A stretch of DNA of 64,000 nucleotides from Sulfolobales archaeon (GCA_038867615.1 JAWBYA010000002.1:256001-320000), one strand, 5' to 3'. Numbered from the stretch's first letter, positions 41,857 through 53,315 are shown. A program made the numbers and translations. Notes: a model not told the origin generated them from the sequence alone.

Positions 41857-42747
41857 CTAGCCACCTTTGAGGCTTTTCACCTGATCTATTAAGTGATCTA
41901 TCTTGCTTATAAGTATATCTATAGCTTGGAGCGCTATGGTCTTAACACTCAGCTGACCAGCTGATTCGTAGAACAATATATACTCGTCGGATCTCGGTTT
42001 CACATCTATCGACTCTGGAGGGCATTTCTTGACACACTGCATGCACAGAGTACACTTATATACATCACTCACCTCTATCCTACCCTCCTCTTTATTGAAA
42101 CTCAGGATCTTTACAGGACATACCTCAACACATTTCTCAGCCTCTGAAAACATATCCTCAGAAACCCTGTTTGTAGATATGTTGGCAACATACCTGGTCC
42201 CAGCAACCGTTACCGGGCTCCACTTAATATGCTCAATACCTCTTCCAAGCCTTATCCTCGCATCAAAAGCTATCCTCTGGCCAGGACCTATCACTGTTAT
42301 AGGGATCTCCGGGTATGAGGGTCTTATATCAGGATCATCTGTCCTCAGATCCCCTGCACGAACCACTATGGGTTCAGACCCAGCCTCTCCCTGGAACCTC
42401 ATTATGGTGAAGCAACCCCCGCATTCTTTAGACATCTCCTCAGGAGTCATCCCAGAGGGTTCCTGGAAGCATCTATAACACTCATCAGGGGATCGGAGCT
42501 TTATGAGAGCATCCTCCGAGAGTATCGGTAGCATAGCAAGCCTGTGAGCTATTATTTCATCATATATCGGGGTATTGTTCTCATAAAATATAACATCCTC
42601 AACAGCTGCTGTCGGAACTTCTAGCTGCATGATCCTCCTAACAGCGTTAAGCACAGGAAGCGGTATACCTCTTACCACCAGCTCTACGGATATCTCGTCT
42701 CTCCTAAGAACATCTACCTCTATTTTGCCAAAACCCTGTGCAGGCAA
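41857..42747 (-). CDS. rpoD: RNA polymerase subunit Rpo3 (D) with ferredoxin-like Fe-S domain
   Basis: NAVRR, DEIIAHRL, EHIKWSP, CVEVCP...CTLCMQCVKKC. Confidence 0.95.
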   Translation of the reverse strand: MPAQGFGKIEVDVLRRDEISVELVVRGIPLPVLNAVRRIMQLEVPTAAVEDVIFYENNTPIYDEIIAHRLAMLPILSEDALIKLRSPDECYRCFQEPSGMTPEEMSKECGGCFTIMRFQGEAGSEPIVVRAGDLRTDDPDIRPSYPEIPITVIGPGQRIAFDARIRLGRGIEHIKWSPVTVAGTRYVANISTNRVSEDMFSEAEKCVEVCPVKILSFNKEEGRIEVSDVYKCTLCMQCVKKCPPESIDVKPRSDEYILFYESAGQLSVKTIALQAIDILISKIDHLIDQVKSLKGG

Positions 42748-42756
42748 CGCGGATCC

Positions 42757-43158
42757 CTAGACCCTCCTACCCCTTCTACCACCAGGTCTTCTAGTAGTAT
42801 CGTGGGGTATTGGTGTCACATCCTCTATTCTCCCAATAACAAAGCCAGCCCTGGCTAAAGCCCTTATAGCCGGCTGTGCCCCCGGACCAGGTGTCTTTGG
42901 TCCATGACCACCGGGGGCTCTTACCTTAATATGGATTGCTGTGAAACCCTTCTCCATAGCCTCCTGGGCTACTTTATAAGCAACCATCATTGCTGCATAT
43001 GGAGACGGCTTCTCCCTATCAGCCTTAACCACAACACCACCCGAGCCCTTAGCTATTGTCTCGGCTCCCGAGAGGTCTGTTATATGCACATGCGTGTTGT
43101 TGAAAGAAGCATATATATGGGCTATACCCCATCTAAGCTCTCTAGAAGCCAGCGACAT
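42757..43158 (-). CDS. rps11: 30S ribosomal protein S11
   Basis: [27 protein letters not shown]. Confidence 0.97.
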   Translation of the reverse strand: MSLASRELRWGIAHIYASFNNTHVHITDLSGAETIAKGSGGVVVKADREKPSPYAAMMVAYKVAQEAMEKGFTAIHIKVRAPGGHGPKTPGPGAQPAIRALARAGFVIGRIEDVTPIPHDTTRRPGGRRGRRV

Positions 43159-43162
43159 GTTC

Positions 43163-43666
43163 TCACCCAGCCTCTGCGACTCTTGCTCTGTAGAAGCCTA
43201 TAAGTTCCTCCTCATCTCTCGATACCAGATGGCCAGGTGATGTAACCCTCCTCCCGGCTATTGCTATATGTCCGTGGACTATGAGCTGTCTAGCAGCATG
43301 GATGCTCTTTGCAAGACCTTTTTTATAAACCATGGTTTGGAGTCTTCTCTCAAGAACATCGCTTATGCCTATCCCCAGTATATCGTCTAGAGATGCTGTG
43401 GAGCTCTTTAGAAGCCCCATGTGGTATAGCTTGTTTACAAGCTCAGCCTCCTCCTTAGCCCTAACATCTGGCGGAAGTGCTAGTAGAGATCTAGCCCTAG
43501 CCCTTATTCTTCTCAGAAGCGTCTGGGCTCTCCAGATCTCCCTCTTATTCCTCAAACCATACTCACCCATAAGCTTCATCTCCTCCTCAAGCCTAGTCTT
43601 GATCCATGGGTGGCCTGGTCTCTCCCACTTCTTCCTAGACTTCTTCGGATCACCCATAGTGCTCAC
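43163..43666 (-). CDS. rps4: 30S ribosomal protein S4
   Basis: [31 protein letters not shown]. Confidence 0.97.
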   Translation of the reverse strand: MSTMGDPKKSRKKWERPGHPWIKTRLEEEMKLMGEYGLRNKREIWRAQTLLRRIRARARSLLALPPDVRAKEEAELVNKLYHMGLLKSSTASLDDILGIGISDVLERRLQTMVYKKGLAKSIHAARQLIVHGHIAIAGRRVTSPGHLVSRDEEELIGFYRARVAEAG

Positions 43667-43670
43667 CAGC

Positions 43671-44156
43671 CTATTTCTGCTGTTGTCCCTCTTTCTTCTT
43701 TCTAACGCCTACCGTGATCCCTGTCCTACCTGTAGTGGCTGTCCTCTGACCCCTCACCTTAAGACCCAGAGCATGCCTTATCCCTTTCCAGCTCTTGGTT
43801 CTCTTCATCCTCTCAATATCCTCTCTAACTACGAGCAGAAGATCGCTTCCAACGAGATGGATATCTTTCCCACTCTCTAGATCCTTCCTCCTATTAAGCA
43901 TCCATGATGGAAAACCAAATGCAGCTAGATCCTTAACAGCAGCCTCTATCTTTGATAATGTCTCCTGATCAAGCCTCCCAAGCTTAGCCCTGGGATCTAT
44001 GCCGAGGCTCTTACAAATAGCAAGAGCAGTATTATACCCAATACCCTTGATTCTAGATAGTGCTAACGGCACCGGAAGCATCCCAGGGAGATCCGTGTTA
44101 ACGATTCTAACTATAAAAGCCGTCTCCTCGCTCACACACACCACACTAATACACAT
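43671..44156 (-). CDS. rps13: 30S ribosomal protein S13
   Basis: [19 protein letters not shown]; start probably GTG at VSEET. Confidence 0.96.
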   Translation of the reverse strand: MCISVVCVSEETAFIVRIVNTDLPGMLPVPLALSRIKGIGYNTALAICKSLGIDPRAKLGRLDQETLSKIEAAVKDLAAFGFPSWMLNRRKDLESGKDIHLVGSDLLLVVREDIERMKRTKSWKGIRHALGLKVRGQRTATTGRTGITVGVRKKKEGQQQK

Positions 44157-44309
44157 ATAGCGAAGAGGATTATAAGCATGTCAACCGAGCGAGACGCCAC
44201 AGATCTAGAGAAACCGCATGATAATGTTAAGCAGTATATTCTATAGGCCTCAAACCAGAGACCTATTATAACAAAAGCTATAAACCCCCAAGAATACCAC
44301 CATATAGAG

Positions 44310-44383
<74 letters not shown>

Positions 44384-44390
44384 TCTCTAG

Positions 44391-44675
44391 GTTCAGGCTT
44401 CATAACAGTTGTCTCTTTTTAATCAACTGGTTTTCCTTGGCTTCACCGGCCCCAGGGATCCTTTCATTGGAGCCCTTATCACTGGCCTCCACCCATCCAG
44501 AGAAACCACAAACCCACAGCCCCCCTTCATAGCTTTGCTCTGGTTCATTGCTGTGGGGAAACCCCCATCTCAGCTCAACCGTAAAATAACAGAACTTATA
44601 CTATGTTCCACAGAGACAAACCCGATATAAACCCCTATAAACCCTCATGAAACGCGAAACAGCTGGCTCTGGCTT
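44391..44675 (-). mobile_element. Dispersed element, copy D (7 nt after the tRNA)
   Basis: Minus strand AAGCCAGAGCCAGCTGTTTCG...GGGGTTTCCCCACAGCAATGAACCAGAGC...ATGAAGCCTGAAC. Confidence 0.85.
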
Positions 44676-44752
44676 GAGAAAATGTTGACTAGGAGCAGGA
44701 AGCTTGGATCGTTATCCGCGTAATGCTATCAGCAAAGTTGCTTGTTGGTAGC

Positions 44753-46222
44753 CTATATTCTTCTTCTAAGCCTGGGATCTACCACAGGTTCTAGTGCTAA
44801 TGCTATCAGCACGAATGTCACTGCTGATAGTACTATTAATAGTCCTGGCGGTAATATCCACCACCATGCGATAGACACCGCGCCTTTGTCAAGTACTCTC
44901 GATAATATCTGCCCCCATGTTGGGATGCTAGGATCTCCCAGCCCTAGTAGGCTTAGCCCCGCCTCTGTCAATATCGCGGTTGGGACGAAGAATATCATCT
45001 GCGCGACTGTATATGGCATCACCTGGGGGATTATGTGTTTAAATATTATTCTTGTGTTCGATGCTCCAAGCGCTCTTGCCGCCTCTACGTATTGCTCTGC
45101 CTTTATAGATAGAACCATGGATCTTATTATGATCGCTAACCCAGCCCATCCAAACACTATGAGAGTTGCGATAATGATCTGGAGCCTTAGATAGGTTGGG
45201 GTTATGAATGTGAAGAGTATCAACAATGGTAAGAGGGGTATGTTGCCAAGGATATCTGCTGTTCTCTGAACAACCTCGTCGAGGATCCCTCCGTAGTACC
45301 CGGAGAACACGCCTAGGATCATGCCTATTACTGAGACCAAGGCTGATGTTACAAATCCTATTGCAAGGGCTACAGGGAAGCCGAAGAGAAGGGCTTGAGC
45401 CAGATCTCTTCCATCGAAATCCGTACCCATAATGCCATATGCCCTCCCAACCACGGCTAGGGATACCATGTCAACGGAATCTTGGGGGCTTGTTAACTGG
45501 ATCTCGACGGTAAATCTATATATACCATTAAGGGGTTCTAGAGACGATATATTACCAGGAGATGTTGGGGCGCCGAACATAACCCTCTCAACACCGATTT
45601 GAGCTAGATCCGCAGGGTTTATCGATAGCCCATATCTAGTTGATAAGAAGCTTGAGAGCTGACTAGCGATATACATATTACCATAGGCGTTGACATCCTT
45701 AGGAACAGGTGTATAGATCTTCTGACCCGCCAGCTCCTGCGGGATCCTTATTATTTCGAAATAGAGCTGATTAATCCTCCCATCAGGCCTCTCTAAAGAG
45801 ACGCTCAGGACAACCGGGATGCTTGGATTCCTCACCTGAATACCATAGATCGCTATCCTCACGTTCTGAGGATAAGTAGGGCTCTCATAGCTATATGTGA
45901 AGGTGTATGTCATAACCCTGACCTGATAGCCCCCATAGTTTAGCACCCTATCGCTTGAAGGCTGTTCGAGCTTTGTAACTGTGTGGGGTAGGAGAGACCT
46001 ATCGAATAGAGCTCTATACCAGTCGGGAGGCACCATTTTGGGGTAGTCCTTCCAGTAATCGCTATTGCTCCACACTCTTGTACCATAGTCTAGGGGCATT
46101 GTTAGCAGTGTATATATAGATGCGAGCACCATTAATCCTAAAAATACTATTCCTACCCTTCCTGTCCATGCCCTCCACACCAGCAGGAAAACCTCACCCA
46201 GTTTGGCTGACTGGAGTGACAT
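44753..46222 (-). CDS. Peptide ABC transporter permease, DppC/OppC type, with large extracellular loop
   Basis: GTDFDGRD, EAA motif YVEAARALGAS, HIIP, PTWG. Confidence 0.9.
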   Translation of the reverse strand: MSLQSAKLGEVFLLVWRAWTGRVGIVFLGLMVLASIYTLLTMPLDYGTRVWSNSDYWKDYPKMVPPDWYRALFDRSLLPHTVTKLEQPSSDRVLNYGGYQVRVMTYTFTYSYESPTYPQNVRIAIYGIQVRNPSIPVVLSVSLERPDGRINQLYFEIIRIPQELAGQKIYTPVPKDVNAYGNMYIASQLSSFLSTRYGLSINPADLAQIGVERVMFGAPTSPGNISSLEPLNGIYRFTVEIQLTSPQDSVDMVSLAVVGRAYGIMGTDFDGRDLAQALLFGFPVALAIGFVTSALVSVIGMILGVFSGYYGGILDEVVQRTADILGNIPLLPLLILFTFITPTYLRLQIIIATLIVFGWAGLAIIIRSMVLSIKAEQYVEAARALGASNTRIIFKHIIPQVMPYTVAQMIFFVPTAILTEAGLSLLGLGDPSIPTWGQILSRVLDKGAVSIAWWWILPPGLLIVLSAVTFVLIALALEPVVDPRLRRRI

Positions 46223-47277
46223 TAGTACCTCACCCTGGGGTCGAGGAATATGTATAAGATCTCTAGGATCATTCTAGCGATCACATAGATCATTGCGGTT
46301 ATATATGTAAGCCCAAGTATTATTGTTAGCTCCTGAGCCCCGATGGCATCGTAGAAAAGCCTCCCAAGCCCTGGCCAGTTGAATATCGTCTCTGTAAGTA
46401 TAGCTCCTCCAAGAGAGCCCGCCAGACCAAGTATAGCGTTGGTAGCTATTGGTGGAGCTGCTGCTCTCATTATATAGCCCCTCATGATAACCCTATCGGG
46501 AAGACCCTTTGCCTTCGCAACATATACGAAGTCCTCCTCAACAACCCTTATCACTATAGCCCTTGTTATATATATCCAAACACCTGATGTGGCTATTACA
46601 AAAGTTATTATTGGCAGTGCAGCGTGGCTAGCCATGTCGAGGAACCTCCCAACAGGATCTGCCGGCGGGTTTGGCGATAAAAGACCAGTTGGAGGTGGGA
46701 ATATCGGTATCCTGTAGACAAACACATATATTAAGAGCAATCCGAGCCACCATGCGGGAAGCGCATAGGATATAGCTGAGTAGAGGCTGAAGAACCTGTC
46801 TAGAACCCCTCCCCTTCTAAAGGCGAGAGCCGTACCAAGCACTAGCCCGAGGATTATGTTTATCACAGTTGCTGTTGTTAGGAACATGATTGTTGGCGGT
46901 ATTCTTTCAAGTATTATATCCCTAACATTATTGGATCCTGTGAAAGAGGTTATAGTCCCTGTCCTACCTAGATCGAGTTTGAGTATTGTTAGAGCCAGAG
47001 GAATAATCCTCTCATACCATGGCCTATCGAGACCATACGCTCTCACAAGCTCTTCTCTATACTTGGTAATCAGTGCTTCTATCTCACTCTGGTTAAGGGC
47101 ACCCCCAGCAGCTCTCTGTCTTAAAGCCTGGCTATAGGCTCTCACATCCTCATTAACTATCGCGCTGAGAACCTTGTCAGATGTTGGGCCAAGTATGATT
47201 GCTGTAACAAGCACAATACCTATAAGAGTTGCCGTGAGGGTTATAGCCCTTATTGCCAGGACTCGCGTGAGCCCCAT
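46222..47277 (-). CDS. Peptide ABC transporter permease, DppB/OppB type
   Basis: YGLDRP, FVYVAKAKGL, ETIFNWPGLG, DPRVR. Confidence 0.92.
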   Translation of the reverse strand: MGLTRVLAIRAITLTATLIGIVLVTAIILGPTSDKVLSAIVNEDVRAYSQALRQRAAGGALNQSEIEALITKYREELVRAYGLDRPWYERIIPLALTILKLDLGRTGTITSFTGSNNVRDIILERIPPTIMFLTTATVINIILGLVLGTALAFRRGGVLDRFFSLYSAISYALPAWWLGLLLIYVFVYRIPIFPPPTGLLSPNPPADPVGRFLDMASHAALPIITFVIATSGVWIYITRAIVIRVVEEDFVYVAKAKGLPDRVIMRGYIMRAAAPPIATNAILGLAGSLGGAILTETIFNWPGLGRLFYDAIGAQELTIILGLTYITAMIYVIARMILEILYIFLDPRVRY

Positions 47278-47359
47278 AATTGCACCAAACCATATGTATT
47301 ATCGTGTGCAGGGTATTAAGGAGAAAAAAGTTTTCTTTTTATAATATGTGGATCTTTCA

Positions 47360-50326
47360 TCACTTTCTTCTCATAAACACCAATGCTATAGTTACGATCT
47401 GGAGGATTACTAGGAATATTACTATATACATGAGAGTATTAACAGTATCCCTCAAATCCCTCACGCTGGCTTGAAGCGCAGATACTGTCTGTGACTGTTG
47501 CGAGGCGAATGTGTCAATCTTGTTGCTCACAGTATCTATCTTGGATGACAGGGTGCCGCCTAGGTTATTAACAGCTGTACCTAGATTGTTTACAGCACTA
47601 CCCAGCTGGGATATACTGTTACCAACAGCTGTACCTAGCTGGGATATACTGTTGCTCACCGCTGCTAAGCCTGCAGCGCTTGAAGCATTTATAGCCTGGA
47701 TCGCTTGCTGGAGATTCGCCACGGTTTCTTGAACGCTCTTCTGGAGGTTAGAGATCTCCTGCTCTATTGGGGCTGTAATGATCCCTGGATCGAAGACGCT
47801 TATGAACAGCGTTCTTGTGTCTACGAACGCTACTGCATCGCTATAAGCTATCACCGTAAGTTCGTATGGGAATCTTGCTGTTAGATCCCTTGTTAGTGTG
47901 GCTGGAAGTGCTATCACGAATCTAGACCCTGTTGCGAGGCTTCCCTGACCAACAGCTATGATCTGTCCTGTGACTGAGTCTCTCAATATATATTTAACAA
48001 ACAACGGCGGAGGACCGTTGAGGTCAACCAGCACGCTTGCCTCCTGCCCTCTCACAACCTGTGGGACGCCTATGTTCTCTACCCTAACAATCCTGGGCTC
48101 GCCAAATACCCATTTGCCTGGGGAGAACGGGTATGTCGGATCCCTGAAAGCCCTTAGCTCGGCTGACTGTGCCTCGGCTGAGAAGCTTGTAAGCATATAC
48201 GGTCCATTGCTTATCCATGCATTTCCGTAGGTTGCTATCCATGAGAGTGCAGCCCTATACCTAGCAGCAGCTTCATCTGGTGTTGCATATTGCTTGTTAC
48301 CTACGGTGAATACATTGGCTGGGAAGTATCTCTGGGTTGAGAATGTTTGAAGGGTTGAAGCTACATCAGCAACATGGCCAGATAGAACAAGGTTAAGCTG
48401 TGGAACCCTCTTGGCTGTTGCTGCTGATGTTGAGTATGCATAGGAACCCCTGGTGAACACGAGATGATCTTCCGCCAGAACTAGCTCGAATGGTAGATAG
48501 ATGTTTATAGTTGCAAAGCTAGCTATATATGCTGGTTCGAAGTGCCAGTAGTTCAGGTAGACCTCAAGCCTCTTGTTAGCCTCATCTATTCTATAACCAA
48601 CTATAGTATCAAGGGTAGACCTCCATAGAGAAGCCACAGCAGGCTCGGAAGCAGCCTTCGTAGCGTTATAGGTTATGTCGAAGAACTGGTAGAGCTGCGC
48701 CAACACATCAGCCCATGTGATCGTTATGTTGTGATGCCACCTAGCACCAATATAGTTAGACATGTCGAACACAACTTTGCTAGTAGCCTTAACACCAGGC
48801 CCGACAAGCTTCCACGCACCCCTCGATGCGTCCCATATAAATGCGTCGGAGGGCACGTCTAGCTTGCCTGTGGGACCTGCTGTCTGCACATCAAACGATG
48901 ATCTGAATGGTATTGGAAGCCCGTTGAATGGATGGAACCATGTCATGGGATCCCATGTACCATACATAACATCAACGCTATAGACATCCTGGAAGCCGCC
49001 TACCTGGTTCCACACTGTTCGTGCTGTGTATACCCAAAGATGACCCAGGTTAAGCGTCGTCTTGCCAGGTGCTCTCATCTCCCTCAGGCTCCACAGACCC
49101 CTCAGTCCCGCACCGACATCGTTGGTGTATCCCCTTATATCTGCTCTCAGGACATAGCTATCAAGTCTCGTAGCAACCCAAGCCCTCACACCTTCAGCTA
49201 TGCATAGCTCGACTCCTTTTCTATACAGGGAATCTCTATCCTCCTTGCTTGTGAAGTTACCACTATAGATCCTCTCTGTTATATCATCCAGAGTCGCATT
49301 CCTATAGTTCCAGAACGTAGCCTCAGCCCAGCCTGGCATGTAGCCGTACCAGGGGGCGCAGAACTGGGCTATGGATGCTGAGTCATACTTACTTATACCG
49401 GTCTTACCCCATCCTTCTGTATATATGTGCCACTTAAACTCTGCAGGATCTGTCCCGTATACCGTATCTATAGCCGGACCGAAGGTCATGTATAGCCTGT
49501 TAACCCTGAAGCCCAGGGTTTCAAGAGCTGTTGCCAGCTGATCTCCTACATCTCTCCTCTCATCCTCTACCCTTATTATAAAGTTAATCTGTACCGGGGT
49601 TCCTCCATAGCTCCACACACCGCCCACTTTCTGGAACCCTGCTTTGGTGAGCGCGCTGGCAACGATCTGCTCTGCAAGTTGTGGATTATATGCGAACTTA
49701 TACCTAAGCACTATATCGGAGATCAGTGGAAAATCTGGATCATATGAAGATAGGAATGTATACATAGGAGACGCCGAACCCCTATAGATCGTGCTAACTA
49801 TGTTATCCCTGTCTATCAGATAGTTCATCGCGACCCTGACATCTTTGAATGCAAATGGATTGGCGCCCTTGCCAGGATATGCTCCATACTCAACAAAAGT
49901 CTGACCCTTATCGGGATCATAGTAAACATTAACTATAGCCTCTGCAGATCCTCCTGTAAGCCTGGCAAGCTCGCTTAAAGATCTTCTAGTCTGATCACCA
50001 GATAGATTTGCTATATAGACAGGCGCCGGGTTGAATATAAAGTCTACAAGACCTGCGGGCGCGTTGAGCACCCTCAGGCTGGGATCCCTTTTAAGAACCT
50101 CTGCAGTAGCGGGAGGTATACCTCCGTATAGATAGACATCAATCCTTCCTGCCTGAAATGCCTGGGCAACCTCTGTTACTGGTACCCTCTGGATCCTTAG
50201 GGTATCTGTTGCAGGCCCTTTAACCACCTGAGCATCTACTTGAAGGATCGATAATGACATTGATACCGATGCTGTCAAGATCATTATTGGTAGTATATAT
50301 ATAGCTATTCTTTGCCACACATTCAT
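47360..50326 (-). CDS. Peptide ABC transporter substrate-binding protein (family 5) with coiled-coil stalk and C-terminal anchor
   Basis: Signal peptide, NPFAFKDVRVAMNYLIDR, WHH...ITWAD, NGPY, terminal TM helix followed by RRK. Confidence 0.88.
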   Translation of the reverse strand: MNVWQRIAIYILPIMILTASVSMSLSILQVDAQVVKGPATDTLRIQRVPVTEVAQAFQAGRIDVYLYGGIPPATAEVLKRDPSLRVLNAPAGLVDFIFNPAPVYIANLSGDQTRRSLSELARLTGGSAEAIVNVYYDPDKGQTFVEYGAYPGKGANPFAFKDVRVAMNYLIDRDNIVSTIYRGSASPMYTFLSSYDPDFPLISDIVLRYKFAYNPQLAEQIVASALTKAGFQKVGGVWSYGGTPVQINFIIRVEDERRDVGDQLATALETLGFRVNRLYMTFGPAIDTVYGTDPAEFKWHIYTEGWGKTGISKYDSASIAQFCAPWYGYMPGWAEATFWNYRNATLDDITERIYSGNFTSKEDRDSLYRKGVELCIAEGVRAWVATRLDSYVLRADIRGYTNDVGAGLRGLWSLREMRAPGKTTLNLGHLWVYTARTVWNQVGGFQDVYSVDVMYGTWDPMTWFHPFNGLPIPFRSSFDVQTAGPTGKLDVPSDAFIWDASRGAWKLVGPGVKATSKVVFDMSNYIGARWHHNITITWADVLAQLYQFFDITYNATKAASEPAVASLWRSTLDTIVGYRIDEANKRLEVYLNYWHFEPAYIASFATINIYLPFELVLAEDHLVFTRGSYAYSTSAATAKRVPQLNLVLSGHVADVASTLQTFSTQRYFPANVFTVGNKQYATPDEAAARYRAALSWIATYGNAWISNGPYMLTSFSAEAQSAELRAFRDPTYPFSPGKWVFGEPRIVRVENIGVPQVVRGQEASVLVDLNGPPPLFVKYILRDSVTGQIIAVGQGSLATGSRFVIALPATLTRDLTARFPYELTVIAYSDAVAFVDTRTLFISVFDPGIITAPIEQEISNLQKSVQETVANLQQAIQAINASSAAGLAAVSNSISQLGTAVGNSISQLGSAVNNLGTAVNNLGGTLSSKIDTVSNKIDTFASQQSQTVSALQASVRDLRDTVNTLMYIVIFLVILQIVTIALVFMRRK
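47560..47665 (-). repeat. In-frame 33-bp and 21-bp tandem repeats in the stalk of the binding protein
   Basis: AVSNSISQLGT/AVGNSISQLGS/AVNNLGT/AVNNLGG; DNA AGCTGGGATATACTGTT and AACAGCTGTACCTAG each occur twice. Confidence 0.8.
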
Positions 50327-50517
50327 CTAAAACACACCATCATCACTCACTACTCTAAGGGGTTAATATATTTGAATAACCACAACATAATTTTCTAGGA
50401 GAACTATAGAGCCAAAAATATATATATTTCCTATATTATTAAAATAGATCCTGGCTCTCCAGATCCTGAGGATAACCTTATATAAGGTTGCTATGATAGT
50501 TAGTTGGTGCACATCGC

Positions 50518-52176
50518 ATGGCCAAGTATGATGCTATAGTCATAGGTGCTGGACATAACGGGCTTGTGGCTGCATGCAATCTCGCAATGAGAGGGCTTAG
50601 AGTGGCTGTCTTTGAGAGAAATAGGTTTCTTGGGGGCATGGCCTCTTCGCCTGAGTTATGGCCTGGGTTTGCTGTCCCTATAGGCGCTTACGTGATAAGC
50701 CTTTTCAGGAGAGAGATCGCCGAGGAGCTTGGATTATTCGAGAGAGGTTTGAGAATAATACCAAAAGATCCCGGGTTGACTGTCTTTCTGGAGGGGGGAA
50801 AGGTTCTAAGCATATGGAGCGATTCTAAAAAGACCGCTAAGGAGATCTCGAGGATCTCTGAGAGAGACGCTGCTCAGTATGCTAGATGGAGCAAGTTCTG
50901 GGGATTTGTGGGAGCACTCCTAGATATTATATATATGAGTAAACCCCTCAGCCTTGAAGATACCCTGGAGCTTGCCAAGAAGGCTGTGAGTATTGCTAAG
51001 CATGGCGGAGAGGAGATCTCTAGATATGTTAACGACATCTCCTGGATTATTAGCGCACCAGCATCGAAGATCCTTGACGAGTATTTCGAGAGCGAGGAGG
51101 TTAAAGCAGCCCTCGTCGAGGACGCCCTAGTAGGTGAGATGATCTCTCCTAGCACCCCGGGATCCTCGATAGTCATGGCCCACCACTATATGGGGAACAT
51201 AACAGGGAATAGGGGTCAGTGGGGCTATGTAGAGGGTGGTATGGGATCCCTCTCAAAGATCCTTGCTAAGAGATGCTCAGAGCTTGGTGTCGAGATCCAT
51301 CTCGGAGTAGAGGTCGAGAGAATCGTTGTCACTAATGCTGGGTGGGTTAGGGGCGTTATAGCCGGTGGAAAGTTCTATGAATCCTGGATGGTTCTAAGCA
51401 GTGCTGATGTTAGGACAACAATGCTTAAGCTACTTGACCCCGAGGCTCCTGTTGATAAGGATCTTATTAGAAGGATTAAGAGCCTTAGGAGTGTCGGAGC
51501 CTCGTCAAAGATAGTTGTTGCCACAAGGAATCTTCCAAAACTTGTTGATAAATACTCGGGCTACGAGGATCTGGCATATAGATCCTCCGCAATAACGATC
51601 CCATCGATAGACTATGTCGAGAAAGCATACTCAGAAGCATTGATGGAGGGGATGAGCAGGAACCCCTGGGTCTCGGTAAACGTGCAGAGCTATTTAGATA
51701 GAACAGTAGCCCCAGAAGGATGGCACATAGCATCACTCTTTGTGCAATACACAAGTAGAAAGAGTCCTGGAAACTGGGGTGAGGAGGATAGAGAGAAGCT
51801 CGCTGAGAGAGTATTCACGGTGCTTGAGAACTACTATAGCGGCTTTAGGAAGAGCGCTGAGAAGATAATGATAATAACACCAAGGGATATCGAGGAAATG
51901 TTCCAAACACCAGGAGGAAATATCTTCCACATAAGCATGTCCCCAGACCAGCTATGGAGCAATAGACCAGATAGAGAGCTATCAAACTACAGAACACCAG
52001 TAAAAGGGCTCTACCTATGCGGCGCGGATACACACCCAGGAGGAGGGGTTAGCGGAGTACCAGGATACCTATGCTCAACAGAAGCCCTAATAGATGCCGG
52101 GATTGTTAGAAAGAAATTCAAATACCACGAAATACTCAGACTTGTGAAGGGAATCCTGTCGCTTAGAAGTTCGTGA
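50518..52176 (+). CDS. Phytoene-dehydrogenase-like NAD(P)/FAD oxidoreductase (COG1233)
   Basis: IGAGHNGL, GGMG, TPRDIE, GNIFH, LYLCGADTHPGGGVSG. Confidence 0.9.
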   Translation: MAKYDAIVIGAGHNGLVAACNLAMRGLRVAVFERNRFLGGMASSPELWPGFAVPIGAYVISLFRREIAEELGLFERGLRIIPKDPGLTVFLEGGKVLSIWSDSKKTAKEISRISERDAAQYARWSKFWGFVGALLDIIYMSKPLSLEDTLELAKKAVSIAKHGGEEISRYVNDISWIISAPASKILDEYFESEEVKAALVEDALVGEMISPSTPGSSIVMAHHYMGNITGNRGQWGYVEGGMGSLSKILAKRCSELGVEIHLGVEVERIVVTNAGWVRGVIAGGKFYESWMVLSSADVRTTMLKLLDPEAPVDKDLIRRIKSLRSVGASSKIVVATRNLPKLVDKYSGYEDLAYRSSAITIPSIDYVEKAYSEALMEGMSRNPWVSVNVQSYLDRTVAPEGWHIASLFVQYTSRKSPGNWGEEDREKLAERVFTVLENYYSGFRKSAEKIMIITPRDIEEMFQTPGGNIFHISMSPDQLWSNRPDRELSNYRTPVKGLYLCGADTHPGGGVSGVPGYLCSTEALIDAGIVRKKFKYHEILRLVKGILSLRSS

Positions 52177-52268
52177 AGAACAACAAAAACCCCACTAAGT
52201 TTTAAACCGCTTTTCTTGCTAGCGGAAGTCTCCCTATCGATATAGATAATATAGATACCCCGCCCTTT

Positions 52269-53315
52269 CTATCCGAACCACTTGTCGAGACCACGTGCAG
52301 CTGACGCTCTAGAGATAGCCTTGGAGAGCCTTTCTAGATTGTTCTCCACCCTTTCTCTAGAAAATTCATACTCCTCTACTAGTAGTTCTATTATCTTCTC
52401 GCGGTCAGGGGCTCTCCACTCGATACGAGGGATCTCTGATATAGGTGGGTTTAGAAAGAATTTTTTGATCTCCATAGGGTCTACGGGGAATCTTGCTCCC
52501 GGGAGCACCTTGAGAACCCTATCTATGCTCCCATAGCTCTTGACCAAGCTGTATGCCTTTTTAGGACCTATCCCCTCAACACCGTCTGGATTGAAATCCG
52601 TGCCCACCAGTATCGCTATGTCGATCAACTGTTCCCTCGTTATCTCTAAGGTTTTCATCAGAAGGTTAAGATCTATCACCTCAGGCTTGATCTCGACGTA
52701 GATCTCTTTTCCTGGAAGCTTCCTCTTACCACTCACAGCAAGGTTTCTGACAAGCCTCGGGCTACCAAATAATAGGGAATCGTAGTCCTGGCTCGCAGTA
52801 GCCCAGGCTATCCCCTTCATAGCCATATATGCCGCCTGGGCCTCTCCCTCAGACGGTGCCTGGACCCATGGTATCCCCATATAGTTTAGAAGCTTCTTAG
52901 AGGATTCAACCATATCGTTGGATAGCCTTGACGTGGCTTGTGCGTATTTCCTCATCTCTTCCTCATCCCCTTTTTCTCTAGCTATTCTAAGCCTCTCCTC
53001 AGCCTTCTGCTTAGCCATGCTCCTCCTAGCTATCTCTGCGGCCTTGATCTCGGGAGGCTTTCCGTCAAACACGTATACAGGCTTTATACCAGCCTCGACG
53101 AGATTTATTGTGCGGTAAAATAAGCCTGATAGATGGCTAGTAACCCTCCCCTTGCTATCCATGAGAGGAGTCCCATCAGGCTGTCTTATCGCTGCTAGGA
53201 ACTGGTAGAGTGCGTTATAAGCATCGATAGCTATGATCTTGCCGGAAAGCTCCCTAAGGTCGTTGATCTGCCTTATAGCTTTCTCGGGTATTAGATCTTT
53301 TAGATCTACGCCCAT
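52269..53315 (-). CDS. fen: Flap endonuclease 1
   Basis: MGVDL, DAYNALYQF, VFDG, EGEAQ, SQDYD, GTDF, C-terminal PIP-like LDKWF. Confidence 0.97.
   Translation of the reverse strand: MGVDLKDLIPEKAIRQINDLRELSGKIIAIDAYNALYQFLAAIRQPDGTPLMDSKGRVTSHLSGLFYRTINLVEAGIKPVYVFDGKPPEIKAAEIARRSMAKQKAEERLRIAREKGDEEEMRKYAQATSRLSNDMVESSKKLLNYMGIPWVQAPSEGEAQAAYMAMKGIAWATASQDYDSLLFGSPRLVRNLAVSGKRKLPGKEIYVEIKPEVIDLNLLMKTLEITREQLIDIAILVGTDFNPDGVEGIGPKKAYSLVKSYGSIDRVLKVLPGARFPVDPMEIKKFFLNPPISEIPRIEWRAPDREKIIELLVEEYEFSRERVENNLERLSKAISRASAARGLDKWFG

Noticed and set aside
42400-42500. Cys-rich insertion in RpoD
   Set aside because: A Cys cluster at this position is usual in crenarchaeal Rpo3; only the loop length differs
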